NCBI GenBank assembly: GCA_017499595.2
Contig: CM039001.1
Coordinates: 682,001 to 746,000 of the forward strand
Reading direction: 5' to 3'
DNA from: Psilocybe cubensis
Lineage: Eukaryota
DNA length: 64,000 nucleotides
The position numbers were made by a program, and so were the translations under genes. The notes under the pieces are model-generated. The model searched no databases. It had not been told where the DNA came from and was given only the letters and a program-made list of their open reading frames with translations. Shown here in pieces: positions 29,401 to 45,700 of the stretch (position 1 is the stretch's first letter; each line of letters starts with the position of its first letter).

Positions 29401-29772
29401 ATGCATATCTCAAAATCGACTCTGTTCGTCTTTATTGGACTGGTATCGACACTTGTCAATGCCAACCCAATACCGGAACTCGATAAACGCATCACTTGCC
29501 CATTCGCCACTGTGCCTGCCTGCTGTCAATTAATTGAATTTGAGAGCTTTCCGGAGGTCGTAGCTGGCCCAAGTGTGGGATGTGCGTGATGAAGTTCTTT
29601 ATCAAACGTGACTGTGCAATATAATACCTACCTCGAATTTCTAGGTTCTACATTGGCTTCCGAGCCTGGGGGTGTTTGTCCTTCTACAGCCAGTACGCTC
29701 GGCTGTTGCGATACATTCGGGGGCGGGCAACTACTTTTGCAGAACGGGGAATTTTTATGTATTGTACCATAG
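29401..29772 (+). CDS. Secreted 8-Cys hydrophobin-like prepro-protein, paralog 5 (102 aa; exons 29401-29581, 29645-29772)
   Basis: MHISKSTLFVFIGLVSTLVNANPIPELDKR|ITCPFATVPACCQLIEFESFPEVVAGPSVGCSTLASEPGGVCPSTASTLGCCDTFGGGQLLLQNGEFLCIVP*. Confidence 0.87.
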
Positions 29773-30395
29773 GAGGGAGGGGCGTTGGGTGGAATATTGC
29801 AAAGATGACAAGGGGATATATTTGACTACGCACCAATTTCTAACTGTTCAGTGAAAAAAATTATACACTCAACTGGAGATAAAATGGGCCAATACATACC
29901 TGGTACTGTCTAATAGACTGCCATTAAGCGCTCATCGCCTCCATCACTCGCGGCTTTCTCGCGGGTCAATGTCACATTTACACATACCCGTAAATTATCC
30001 GTACAGTTATTCTAACTACAGTCTGTTCTGCAAAATGATCCAAAGCGCCTTATAAACTGGGGGCCACGCTGGAAAATGTAATCAGGATAGGTAAGGTATT
30101 CAATTGCCTGTTCAGAGATCAATGCATTGAGTGCCTGATCGTCTCCAAAAATAAAGTGTACTCGCGTCTTGCGCATAGCTCAACGTCTAAAGATAGTCTG
30201 GACAGATAAACCCTCAACAGACAAGCGACGTGAAGTCTGTATGAAATTTCCGCCTCATTTTCCGAGAATCCCCATCGAATGCGAAACGGACTAGTCCCTA
30301 CGTAACCTGGAAAAAGATATTTAAACTGGATGACAATGGTTTCTATACTCCAGCTCCCAGACAGTCTACAGACAAACGACGAGCATTACAACGAT

Positions 30396-30785
30396 ATGTA
30401 CACCAGCATCGCAAAATCTACTCTCTTCGTCGCTCTCGGCCTCCTCGCGTCGTTCGCGAGCGCCAACCCATTACCAGAGCTCGAGAAACGCATTACATGC
30501 CAGCTCAACTACATCCCAGCGTGCTGCAGCTTTATGGAATGGGAGTCGTGGCCCCAAGTTGTACCTGGATTAAGCTCAGGGTGTAAGTGAAGGCATGCCA
30601 GTATTATGAAAGTAAATATATTTATAAATCCCCCTCCTTCAACAGGTACTCCACTGGCCTCCGAGCCAAATCAAGTTTGCCCTGCCGGTGCTCTGGCCCT
30701 TGGATGCTGCCAGCAAAACTTCTTCACTGCTGGACAGCTTCAGTATGGTGCCAACAACCAGGTCTACTGTTACGGCCAATCGTAA
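30396..30785 (+). CDS. Secreted 8-Cys hydrophobin-like prepro-protein, paralog 6 (108 aa; exons 30396-30582, 30646-30785)
   Basis: MYTSIAKSTLFVALGLLASFASANPLPELEKR|ITCQLNYIPACCSFMEWESWPQVVPGLSSGCTPLASEPNQVCPAGALALGCCQQNFFTAGQLQYGANNQVYCYGQS*. Confidence 0.88.
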
Positions 30786-31068
30786 ATGTTATGGAAACCT
30801 CGTATGAGACCTGAATTAGTAGCTGCCTTGCAATGCGTTATACAATGGTGTATTCCGATTCACAATGATAAATATTGAGACTTTCTTTCCAACTCCATAT
30901 ATAATGATATTAGGGGTGACCCGCCGGCAGATGAAGTTTATAATGATAAACCTCGCGTAAACGTTGATTTTCTTGAAGGGAATCGATGAAGAGTTCAGTA
31001 GATCCATACAGCTCTTACTTGCTGTTGACCTTACTGGCAACCTCGATGCGTTCGTGTCTCTTAGAAGC

Positions 31069-31126
31069 GCCAACTTAGTCGCGCCGTGAGCCAGTGAAGG
31101 CGCGCAAATGGCGCGACTAAGTTGGC
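31069..31126. repeat. Perfect 17-bp inverted repeat with a 24-nt spacer
   Basis: GCCAACTTAGTCGCGCC (31069-31085) and GGCGCGACTAAGTTGGC (31110-31126). Confidence 0.85.
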
Positions 31127-31976
31127 AAATGACGCACGTGACTTCGCCCACGCGGCCACGCCGCACGCGACGTTGCGTATTTCATGTCGTGCCACCGTCG
31201 TTTGTTGAACACGGCCATACCTAAGCACTCCGGAGACATATCACCGGCTTATATCTGAAGCGCTAAACTAGTGGCTCTTACTTACTATCATAACTGCTTA
31301 AACCTCAGGTTGGCTTTCTGGCCTTTTGGCCCTTTCTACCGCAGAATTCTGGAACTCGGAATCTGACGACTCTCTAGCAAACGAAAACCAAACTTTGGCC
31401 TGCTTTCGTTGACCATTGCGATTGCTCTTGTATCGTTGGCCACGAAGGAAAATAAAAGCCTCCACTTCGCATTTGCCTTGAAGAAATCCATCTTACAAGT
31501 CTGGTAAGACAATCCTTCCCCATGGCTAACATATTAACCACCTCTAACATCGGACTGGCTAGCGAGGCTAGACGGTTTGTGCCACTTTGTTCTTGAACAT
31601 ACAACTCACCATACTTATGCGCGCTCAGGATAGATTCTCCTGATTCCCTAACGGAACAAATAAACACTCATCATCGCGTCTCTGCGCAAAACTCTCTGGC
31701 CCCCTTGGGTTTAAATGAGAAGTTTCTAAAACTTGAACTGCAATTTCAAACTCCTTAGAGCGTCCACCGACAGCTTTGGCGACGCATTGTCTGCACTCTA
31801 TTCCTTGGCATCGCGCACGATATTTAGGCCATCTAATTCTAAGTTGGAATTTCATTGTTGTTATAGATTTGCCACAGCAAACTGCGAAGGCCTCAGCTTT
31901 GAGAAGAGTGCCATTCCCTACCGTTTCTCTTAAAAGGGTCAGCTCAAATTAAAGTCCGTGTAAGTTACTCATTCCC

Positions 31977-34341
31977 ATGGCTAGTCCAACAGCTTCTAAA
32001 GAGGTTACTCCTCCTCCAGTTATAGTATCTAAAGTTACCTTCTCTACCCCGATCAAGAGATCCCTCCAAGGCTCTCAACACTTCTATTCCGGAGCTCCAC
32101 TGGACGCTGCTGAGTTTCAAGAGAGAATGGCTCAAGAGCTTAGGAAGCAATGGGTTGGCCCAATGCCCATCGCTGACTTCTTGAAGACCTTTCTCCCTCT
32201 TCCCAAGGAAACAGTTTCCCTCATGCCTACGTTTGCGATCAAGCATTTTGATGCAATGTCAGAATACACCGCCGAGAAAGACATGTATGATCCTTTTGTA
32301 CGTCATTCACTTACCTTTTTTTGAAAGACTTGACTTATCAATTTTCTTATACTCAAAAGATTGAACTTGTAAATTCGACTAATGCAATACCTGGATTCAA
32401 ACTCCTGAATACGTCGGTCAATTTTGATCCGAGTCTGAAGGATGTACCAGGTATGAAGAGCAAACCGGATGTCTCCTGTTACAAAAATACAGTCGACACG
32501 ACCACTTCCGCTACAAAGTATGAGGATATTGAACTTATCTTCGAATTCAAATCCTCGAACGCCCCGGCCGATCCCTTCAACGACCCAAAAAAGTCTGAGT
32601 TTCCAGCAGACTTTCAATTCGAGAACAACGGAGAATTGAATACGCTCTGCAGAGGCCAAATTGCCTGTTACGCACGAACATGGATGGCACAGCAACATCG
32701 AACTCACTGTTTTATGATTTGGATTGGTGGTCCGCATGCTCGTATTATTCGTCTGGATAGATCTGGAGGAGTTGTTTCCGAGAGATTTCACTATGAATCC
32801 AATGGCTCCCAGTTGCTTGAGTTTCTGTGGCGATTCTCCGTTACCAATGACGCAGCAAGGGGGATGGACACAACTGTCATGCGTGCTTCTCTGGAGGAAA
32901 CAAAACTTGCGAAGGACAAACTCTACAAATGGAAACGAGGAGAAAGGAGCGTATACAAGCTTAAGATTTTCCACACAAATGAGCCCACAACGGCGAAAAA
33001 AGATAGTAAGCAATCTAACACGGTGCATGAAGTTCTGGTATGGGGGCCTTTGGCCGATCCCCAGTCGGTAACGGGACGCGCAACTCGTGGATATCCTGCT
33101 CTTGACATTGCCTCTGGCAAAGTTGTTTTTGTAAAGGATTCTTGGAGATCTAACAGCCCCGGTACTGTCACAGAGGTCGAAATCCTCAGAGATTTGAATT
33201 CAAAAGAGGTATGCAATGTACCTAAAATTTTATACGGTTCCGATCTTCCAGGCCAAACCACTATCACCCATGCCTTTGCTGGAAAAAAGTGGAACGCGGG
33301 ATCTCAGTCACACAATTTTGTTGAAAGAGTACACACGCGTTTTGCAGAAGACTGTGTTGGGGAACCTCTTTACAGGTTTCAATCATCAAGGCAGTTTCTA
33401 CAGGTTGTTTACGATGCATTCTTAGGTGCGTTGTCTATGAGCATTCAACTTCTCTCCAAAATCCTAAGAACCCATTCAATGTGTAGCACATCGAGACGCA
33501 TACGAGAAATGCGGAATCCTGCATCGTGATATCAGCGCTGGAAATATTTTAATAGGACCAGACGGTAGGGGGTTTCTCAACGACTGGGACCTCGCACGAT
33601 ACGTCGAAAAGGACGATAAAGGGGACCATCATCCTGTGTTTCGTTCCGTAAGCTTGTCGTTATACAATAACCTCATGATCTCGTGTATTGAGCTATATAT
33701 ATTAGGGAACATGGCAGTTCATGTCCAGGGAACTTCTTAAAAACTGCGAAAAGATCCACACAGTCGAAGACGACTTGGAGTCATTCTTTTGGCTTGTCCT
33801 GTATCACGCACTGCGGTATATGAAGCATGACAAGATTTCCAAATTGCCAGTCATTATGACCTCCATATTTGACCAATGCAATCCAAGATTTGAAGGCGAT
33901 TCCGAAACTGGAGGGGAGGGAAAACTGAGTCTTCTTGTTGGTGGAAGCCTTATCGACTTTACCACATTCACAATCGCCGATGATCCCCCCATGACATATT
34001 TTATTCGAAACGTGAAGGCACTCTGGACTAAGTGGTACTTATACGCCATCAACCGGCAGTATGAACTGGAGGCCTTGGTTGCTTCGGAGGAGATATCAAT
34101 CGAAGAAGCGTCGAGACAAATTCCATTTGACAGTAGTCGCTTGCAACTTCACAACCATGCAAAAATGGTGTCCATTTTTGATGCCACCCTTTCGAAGGAA
34201 AACTGGCCCCTAGTATCAGCGCCTTTAGATTATTTGTCCAGGACAGAGAAGCGTGGTAGAAGCGATAACATCATTGTTTCCAGGCCATCTGACTCGCAAG
34301 GCTCCTCAAAGCGCCGGAGACCTCTCCCCGCACGTTCTTAG
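31977..34341 (+). CDS. Fungal-type protein kinase (FunK1 / Pkinase_fungal), multi-exon
   Basis: GQIACYA...[58 protein letters not shown] and [12 protein letters not shown]. Confidence 0.9.
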
Positions 34342-34750
34342 TGTTTAAATCTTCATTAATCAGTCTCAGTATTCAGTTAGTGCAATAGATGTAACTATAT
34401 CCACTCATTATATACGTGTTTCTCAAAACCCTTTGAAACGAAAGGCAAGTTAATCCCTCAGGCAAAACGTTACTATATAAGGAAGTAGTGTAGCTTCAAA
34501 CTCCGACAGAACTGACCAAACATTAGCAAGGTGAACAACTACGCGTACGTCTTGCACCATTACTCTCCGCTCATCTATATCTCTGGGGTGTAAACATTCC
34601 TGCCCAACATACAAACGTCAGCGCGTGAGGGAACTACCTTTCTCTTGTTGGCAACGTGCCATTTGTTCGCCTCAGTCGCACCCTTGTTAAGCACTACCTT
34701 CCAGAGGCAAGGGTAAACGAAGGCACACGGCCTATCTGCAGCAAAGGACG

Positions 34751-36387
34751 ATGTCTGTTCTGTTCGAAACATCACTGGGGGATATTGTTATCGATCTTGA
34801 GGTCGAAAACTGTCCAAAGACCTGTGAAAACTTTCTGAAGCTGTGCAAAGTTTATTATTACAATTTGAATGCTTTTTTCAATGGTGTGTGGTATCATATC
34901 CCTCCTAGTTTCAATTCTCCCAATCTTGATTGCAGAGAGAGAGATGATCTGAACTCGTTTGAACTTTGTTTGATGCAGTTTCGAAAGACTTCCTTGCCCA
35001 AGCAGGTGATCCTACAGCGACTGGAACTGGTGGGGAGTCCATATGGTCGCTAATCGCCTCCGAGTCCTCTTCCAACACACCAACGTCACGGTATTTTCCT
35101 CCCGAGATCCTACCCAAGCTAAAACATACAAGTCGTGGGACAGTATCAATGGCTGTTGCCCCCGCGTTGGAAGGTCAGAAAGGAGGCTGCGGAAGTCAGT
35201 TTTTCATCACTTTAGGGGAAAACATCGACTACCTTGATGGAAAGCATGCGGTTTTTGGCCACGTCGTTGAAGGATTCGAGACCTTAGACAAAATAAACGA
35301 GGTTTTTGTTGATCAAGATGGGAGACCATTCAAGGACATCCGGATAAGACACGTTGTAATTCTTGGTGCGCCTTTCCGTTGGAGTCCCCTCTATTATTGG
35401 CCGAGAAAAGCTTATTGTTGGTATCTTTGTAGATGATCCTTTCCCTGATCCTCCAGGCTTGATCAAGCCACCTTCTTCTCCAACACGTCCTCCAGATAAT
35501 TCGACCCGCATTGCTGAAGATGAAGATCCTCTGGCTACTCTACCAGAAGAAGAAGAAGAGCGACAAAGACGTGAAAAAGCAGCCGCAGCATCTGCTCTCA
35601 CCCTTGAGATGGTGGGGGATCTTCCGTTTGCGAATGTACGACCTCCCGAGAACGTACTATTTGTGTGCAAACTCAATCCAGTCACCCGGGATGAGGATCT
35701 TGAACTTATCTTTTCACGGTTTGGCACCATTATGAGCTGTCAAGTCATTAGGGATAAAAAAACAGGTGACTCCCTGCAATACGCATTTATCGAATTTGAC
35801 AAGCGTGAAGACGCCGAACAGGTTAAACTCTTTTCTTTCCATTGATATGCTGTACATGTGATTGAACGTGTCATTCTTAGGCTTACTTCAAAATGCAAAA
35901 CGTTCTTGTCGACGACCGGCGCATCTGGGTTGACTTGTGGGTCTATTCTAGTTTTGGTATAAGCGCTGATTTCTAACATGTTGTTCAAAGCTCTCAATCC
36001 GTTTCACGACTTAATACCCATTGGTCGAATGATATCACAAGAGGACCCCCTCGGACTAAGGGGCAAGGTCGATCTGGTGGCTTCGGGGGTCGGGATGATC
36101 TTGAGAAAACTCGACGTTACAGGGAGGAAGATAGCCATGGCAGGCACACTGGTGGTGACTACGGAATGGTGTTTGATGTCCCCTCTGACCGTGGTTCTGA
36201 ACGCCGTCGGAAACGTAACCGCAGCCAGAATCGGGACGAAGAGGCGCGGGAGCGTCGTCATAAACGATCAAGATCTCCAACTTATAAAACCAGCAGTTCT
36301 GCCCGTGATCATGAGCGGGAAAGACGACAAACACGGAGCAGGAGCAGAAGCAGAGAGAGACGCTCCGGTCGTGATGGACGTTACTAG
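34751..36387 (+). CDS. PPIL4: Cyclophilin-RRM peptidyl-prolyl isomerase-like 4 (Rct1/Cyp59) with RS-rich tail
   Basis: [16 protein letters not shown]...[19 protein letters not shown] segment [15 protein letters not shown]...SLQYAFIEF, and an RS-rich C-terminus. Confidence 0.93.
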
Positions 36388-36602
36388 TGCAGGTTGTTTG
36401 TCTGTGTTTATCTTACTCAACAATATAACGGCTGACCGCCCAAATACGTAGTTCCTGATTCAGCTGTGTGCGCCTCCGTTAACGATACATACCATCGGCA
36501 CATGAATGCTGTGTCCTGACTTGGTATATATACTAGCACTACCCCGCCCACAGCACTTTACTTTTCTCATCTGAACCAACCACCCACCACACCCTGTCAC
36601 GA

Positions 36603-37451
36603 ATGGCGCACACCTTAGAGTACCAATTCGACGCTGTTGACGCCGATGTCATCCTTCTCTGCACTGAGATGGATCGCTCAACTGAGTTCCATATTCACAA
36701 ATGCATACTTTCAGCGGCTTCACCCTTTTTTGACGACATGTTCACCCTACCTCAACTAGCCGACGATGCATCCGACAAGGTACCTATCATACCCGTCTCA
36801 GAGCCTAGCCATATTCTGGACACTCTGTTACGATACGTGTATCCTGTTTCAAGACCCATCATTGAGTCTCTTGATGAGCTCCTGCTGGTCCTCGATGCCG
36901 CCGTCAAATATGATTTTCCTACCGTCATCACCGCCTTGCGCTCCCTTCTCCTTTCGTCGCGATTCCTTCAATTGTCCCCAATACGCGTCTACGCCGTTGC
37001 CTGTCGTTATGGCTTTTGGGAAGAAGCCAAAATTGCGTCGCGGCATACCTTAAGCGTCAACCTGCTTGATGCACCACCAACAAAAGAGTTCAAATATATC
37101 TCTGCATATGAATACCATCAACTCCTCACATTGCACAAAACTCGGGCGTCCGCGGCCATAGATCTTATAAGGGCGCCTGAAGACTTCAAGTGCATGCAAT
37201 GCAATGGATCTGCATTCACGATGAATGACGCACCGAAATGGTGGCACCAGTTCGAAAAGAAGGCGAAGGCAGAACTGGCAGTGAGGCCGACGACGGAGGT
37301 TATTTTTGGGATGGAGTTCCTATTCAAGGCGGCTCAGTCATCCGGGTGCTCACGATGTCCCGAGAGTGTGCTCGATTCGTGGAAGTTCCTCCAGCATCTG
37401 AAGGAATCTATCGACGCCTTACCATCGACGGTGTCGGGATTTAACTCATGA
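36603..37451 (+). CDS. BTB/POZ domain protein, single exon
   Basis: DADVIL...FHIHKCILSAASPFFDDMFTLPQ...LDTLLRYVYP...AAVKYD; C-terminal CxxC pairs. Confidence 0.88.
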   Translation: MAHTLEYQFDAVDADVILLCTEMDRSTEFHIHKCILSAASPFFDDMFTLPQLADDASDKVPIIPVSEPSHILDTLLRYVYPVSRPIIESLDELLLVLDAAVKYDFPTVITALRSLLLSSRFLQLSPIRVYAVACRYGFWEEAKIASRHTLSVNLLDAPPTKEFKYISAYEYHQLLTLHKTRASAAIDLIRAPEDFKCMQCNGSAFTMNDAPKWWHQFEKKAKAELAVRPTTEVIFGMEFLFKAAQSSGCSRCPESVLDSWKFLQHLKESIDALPSTVSGFNS

Positions 37452-38033
37452 CGACATGGTGATAACATTTTTTTCTCATCTAACTCATGCACATGGACCT
37501 TTTTTACGCAATTAATTTATTTTGAATGCACCTTTCCTAGTACTACAGTTGGCCCTGTTAATCTGACAATGGCTTATCCTTAGTTGATCATTGTAACATT
37601 ACCAGTACACCTTTTATTAGTCTCGGTAGAAAATACTATAATTTTATCACTATCAATGCTGGGAGCTTTGAAGCTGGTGACAAGACAAAAATGTTGCCAC
37701 TCTGGATCTATTGGACACACGGGGACAAATAATGTACAACTAAAGGTCGGGGTAGCTTTAGCCCGAGACAAGACGATCATTTCGCCCATTATCGTACGTG
37801 ATGCATCCGTGGTCACTTATTCAATGAACTCCACCGACAATGAACGCGCCAAAGATGTCAAGCCTGAGGGGTGTCGATCCTGAATCGAAAGTTCTCCTGT
37901 AAGGCTTGGGCATCTCGGCGGTGAATAAATGGCCGATGCACTGCGGCGAGTCTGGGAGCGACCTTAACCTAAAAATCATTCCCGAGGCAGACTTCCTAAA
38001 TTTACCATTTGAGCACCGAATACTCGCTGATTT

Positions 38034-39508
38034 ATGGAGTATCCCGTTACCTTCAAGGAGCCATACAAAACTCTATTTATCCTTTATCAATGTGTGCTAC
38101 TTTTGTTTCTTATACCTTGGTGGGCTTTGTACTATACTCTCTGTCCTCGCCCAAGACCGTCATGGACGTTGAGAGATTCAGTAGATGTCAAGATTATTCG
38201 AAGGCTTGTACGAATTAATTCACGGTGCAGGCCCAAACCTCATCGCCACGACAAGTCCAAAGAGGTTCCGCAATCCAGTTTGAAGGAAACGTCTTTCTGC
38301 TGGCTGGAACCTGCGGACAGGTATTCGATGATTTGCGACGTTGCTGCGGATAGCCTCGTTTTCCCGATTCACGTCCCTGGGTATCTCTGGCCAAAAGATG
38401 CTGATGTCTATCAGAAAGAAGGTTTATTTGGCATTTTTTTCCACGGCGGCGGTTGGGGAGGAGGATACACCATGGGTAACGCAGGCGAAACATTCGGTGA
38501 TTCTGGTTTGTACTGGCCAAGCAGCAGGAGGGTTATTGGACACCAGTTAACTGTTCTCGTCTCTAGACATCGTCCGGAAAATTTTAAAGGCGAGAAAATG
38601 CGCATTTAGTCTGTGTATAGTCAATTCAAACCAATGTTCTACAGACAGCAGACATCAAAAAACGATTTTGTGTGAGATCGAAACCAGTATTTTGCCTTCG
38701 GTTTAGTTACCTGTCTATCGGCCATTGTAGCCGTTGACTATCGTTTAACATGCGAGGCTTGTCATCCTGGTCAACTGCTCGACGCGTTGGCGGCCTACGC
38801 TCATTTAACAGGATTTTGGCACGTGTTAAATGAATCCCATATCTGTCGTACTTACTTTGTACCCCAATAGCCCATTTGGCCTTATGCTAATGAAGTACCT
38901 TGATTGCCAAAAAATCCTGAAACTTCCTCGAGCTTTGATACTTCTCTCGGTGAGCGTATCCCACCGACATATACCCCTTTGTGCCCTGACCGTTGTTCCT
39001 CCAGCCCTGGATAGACATGGGTACGTGACGGACTATTGGGATTTTCTGTGTTAATTTACATGATCTTAGCCCTTGACCATGTGCTGCATTTATCAAAAGG
39101 AAGATTGAGGCCTAACGCCGAGGTGGACGTTGTCGTTACCTCATATGTGGAAAACCTCAGGTTCTTGGGTCATCATCCCGTTGGGAGCCTTACATCTCCT
39201 TACTTCTCAGCCAGTAAGCTTCTTCCACCCCATTTTCCACACATCTAGATGCTAAACGAATTATCTGAACAGACCTTGCACCACCAGGTTCATACGTGAA
39301 TTATCCAATCACTTACCTGTCCATCGGGGATTGTGAAACGTTCCTGCCGGAAAGTCTGCAGCTGATCGACCTCATGCGTGGAGACGGTGTCGACGTCACT
39401 TTCGATTGCCAAAAGATGCTGTTCACAATTTCCTCCCCAAGACTGCCATACCCGTTCCTTCTCGCGCTGCCAAGGATCGTGTATTGGAGAACGTGGCGAA
39501 CTGGATAA
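38034..39508 (+). pseudogene. Alpha/beta-hydrolase (HSL/abhydrolase_3-like), apparently degenerate
   Basis: FFHGGG, VDYRL...PGQLLDALAAYAHL, LPRALILLS|PWID, SPYFS and YLSIGDCE are present. No GDSAGG nucleophile motif was found, and there is an apparent frameshift near 38880. Confidence 0.6.
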
Positions 39509-39812
39509 ATGATATAAACAAAAGCAATACAAGCACCATGGTGTAGTGGGATACCAGCCCAATACTTTAACCGACATAACCATGGTCATCGTTCTTTCAA
39601 AATATATCGGCCTTTTTGCCATTTGATCTAATATACATTCTTTCGATTAACGTTACATTCACATATTCTTGAGGAGAAGGTGTGCAAATGACAAGAAAGG
39701 ATCTGACCCTGTACTAAATGGTATCATTTGTATCGTCCTTTCCGATATGGTTCAGTGTGACTCTACAAACCTGGATAGTTCAATACACCCCAAAAGATGC
39801 CTAGTAGGAAGC

Positions 39813-41987
<2,175 letters not shown>

Positions 41988-42738
41988 GCTGTGGGATGTT
42001 GGAGGGTGGAAGAAGAAGAGAGAGAATCAAGAATGACAATGGCAAGTGCCATGCTATTTATTGATATGGATTGATAAAGGGGTTTAAATTCGATAACCCA
42101 AAATCGAAGCTGCACACGGTGATGGAGCGAGCCGTTCACCGTTCATACGTCGGAAGGATCTTGAGATTGAAACACTTGAGCTCAGTTTTACACCGTTTTC
42201 CATAGTTGTATTGTGACAAAAGAACTCAAATCGATATGTTGAGGTTGAGGGTGTTCATTTTGAATGCCATGAATACAGTCCATGGGGGTTGGACGATGGG
42301 TGTTAACCTATCTGCGTCGATCATATCTCACTGCTTTGTGGTTGGTTCATCTCCCCTGGATACGGCAGTCGTTATCTTATCTTAGCGATGATTGCGCTTC
42401 ATAGACCCCTAATTACAAGGAACTCGGTACTATAAGCAGCGGTGGGCGGCCAGACCTCGTACCTACTTAAATACATCGCTGTACATTCCCCTTCTTTAAA
42501 GCTTTATCGCGGGCAGTCTTCATACAGGAGACAAGACACGCTTGGAGAATGCTTTGCACAAGCTTTACAACAGGCTTATGAAAGAGTCTAAACCGTTGAT
42601 GCGCATACACTTCTAGTCAACTTGCCAAAAAAGTATCAGATATTGACTAAATGTCCTACACGAATTAATCCAGTTGTACGACAAAAATTCAAAGACTGTG
42701 AATGATGAAATCATCCAAATCGCGAGCGCTCTTGGTTT

Positions 42739-45700
42739 TCATGAGGTAGTGCAGTCTAATTTGTGGGCTTTCCAATGACTCTTCTGACAAGACGAAGAAC
42801 AATATCTAACAGCCTTACATCGGCTGCATACAGAAGGCGCTCTTGATTTGCCACAGCTTGCACAAGCGGTCGATTTTGGACGCGGGGATGATTGGACAAT
42901 GGCCTCGTATTCTTTGGAGTGAGTAAAGAGCGGGCTGATAGCAATACGTGTAGCTTCTGGTTGGAACGATGTCCAATCTGTGACCTTCAAAAACGGCCCG
43001 AGGTTCTTTCCCTTTCCACAGCTGCATAGTGGGCCGCTCTTCTGAGCTTTGAGGCCAGCCATAGATCCTTCCTGTATATATTCACATTGATCGGAATGCT
43101 TCCACGTCCGACATCGCTCGGCCAAAGCGGGAAGTAGTTTTATCCAAGCAAGTGTCTCGTCATTGAGGGTGTTGATCATGAGAATAGAAAGTTTCATCAA
43201 GTCTTTCGCGAATTTTGGTCTAAGGGATTCATCCAAGCGAACTACGCATGCATCTGCCACAATAGTCTGGGCCGACAGGTCGAGGCGGATATCATTTATG
43301 AAAATAAGTGCGTAAGGATCCATATTGTCCACATCTAGGTTTTGCAGGCCAAAAACACATGGGCGATGTTCCGATGCAGCATATGTGAGGAATATACCAT
43401 TGATAGATTGTTTGAGGTTGAGGAGAAACATTTTTTTCTTTTGATCGACCAGCTTTTCCAAGTTTTTCTCGCTATTGGACAAAGTCATTCCTAGATGAGC
43501 AGACATCCAAAAATCTGCATCCATTGGTCTTCCAACTGGAATGTGGAGTGCAGGAAGCTTTTCGAGATGGAGGTAATGAATGTTCAGGAGAACAACTGGT
43601 AAATTTCCATCAAACGCCAAAGGAAATACGTCATGCGCATGAAGGATACGTGTGTCGTCAAAATCAGGTCTAATCGGCACTTCGACCTAAGACGCCATTA
43701 ACGAGCGTAGAAATACATTGGTAAGATTTCGTACCTCAATATATGATGACTTCCGCGCGACTCTAAGTATCATACGATTGAAAATAATGCGGAAGGGATA
43801 AATGAAATTCATAGTGTAGTCATCGATGTCGACACGGACGACATTGTCCGCAACCTCACCCGAGACCACAGAAGCGCCATGGAAAAGATTCAGACGGACC
43901 GCAGAGTCGGAAATGTTATCTCTGATAGAGATGGTCGTAACTTTTGTTCCTGCAGGGTTGAAGTTTACCACAGTTTGTCTTTGTGGCTTGCGGACGGAGG
44001 AAATTGAAGGTTGTTGAACGTGTGGAGGTCTCGTTTCATGCATTTCAGGCATACAATCATTAGGACGACAACGAACAAAGTAAACGTTGGCGGTGTTTGA
44101 AGCCTTGGTCATATAGATGCTAAGTTGCAAGCCAAGTTTGGGGACAAGAGTATGAGTAGACTGAGGCGTAGATTTGATGTACAACCCCACGTGAAAAGAG
44201 TCGAGTGAATGGCGGAGCAGGATCCATGACGGCATGAAAAATGTTACGATCAAGTCCGAGTCTCCCTCCCATCCTCGTAGGTCTTCATTGATGTTGATGG
44301 ACGGTTCACCGTCTACGGACGACATCACTATTTCCCCGAATATTGGGCGGATAGAAGAGTGAATATTATGAAAACTAGGAGCGTGGGTTTCGCATTGTAG
44401 AAATGGGGTCATGAGCACATCGGGGTCCATGTCTTCCAGAACTTTGAGATGATGGCGAGGCACCTTCAAAACGACACATACAGCAGGCGGAACACTTTTC
44501 CATCCTTGAAAGACACCAAGATTAGCAACACCCGGAGATGCAGCAAGAAAGCCCGCGTCCATTGACTGCATCGTGTAGATGTTACGCAGATAAAGGTGGT
44601 AAATGAAATCTTGATAGTTATTACGACCCATCAAAAGCTGGCGATCCTCCATGAGAAGCTGGTCAAAAGTAGCCATAAATTTGGTCCAGTCCACCTCAGC
44701 TCTTTCTTTGACAAGGGCAAACAGCGCAACAAGGCTTTCTCTTGTGTAGCGACCAGGCGACCAAGATGTCAACCCGGAGAAAGTTACGTTCCCCGTTGGA
44801 CGATTCGAATTTTCGTCCTGGAACATCTCGAGATAGAGAGCAAAGAAGAACCTTGCCAGACCTGCCGCATCCCAAGTTGGGAGCACGGATTGATTGACGT
44901 GTGTTGTAGGGTCTTCAACAGGACTGGCAGCAACCGATAACAAGGGCTTCCATGATATATAGTCATGCCATTGTTCTACAAAAAGAGGGCCAGAGTTATG
45001 GAGACAAATGAAGATCTCGTGTTTGTTTGAAAGCGTCGTAAAGGGTGATCGATGAATGCTCGGTACCACGCCAAGCAACATTGAAAGCGTAGGGAGATCG
45101 CCCAACGCAAGCGATCTCAGTGTCAGGGATGGGTCGCGTGGCAGGAGAGTATTTGTATGAAGGACTGCCCATGGCTTCTGTTGCAGCAATGGCACAGTCG
45201 CAGTAAGGATGTTAATCAGCCCAAAATGGTCCGTCAAATTGGAGGTGTCAATGACATTGAAACTGACTGGCGCGGAATATGCATTGTCGGCGCTGTAGTC
45301 GCTCCTATCGAGGATAATTTGTGAGCCGCCCCATTGTGAGGTGTAAATGCCGGATTGGGTGGAATAATTTTGCTGGTAGGCATGGAGAGCATGAGCGAAT
45401 GCAAATGCGTCGCCGGCGTGAAATCGAATGACAAGCTTCGGCTCTGTCGAGTTCACGAACACCCTCTCTTTGAACGAAAGGCACCACAGGTCAAATTGAG
45501 CCTTGGCAACTTGAGCTGCTTCCGACAGATCTGGTTTGTGAGGCAAAGAATTTGGCTGCCAATTCTGAACATTGGCTCCAGCAGCCGCCGGGGAAAGGTG
45601 GAAAGCGGCCAAGGGATCAGTCCCGTAGTGTACGTTAAATTTGGTTCCACGAAGAGAATATACAAACATTGGATTCATATGCTGGACCGAGGAGATCCCT

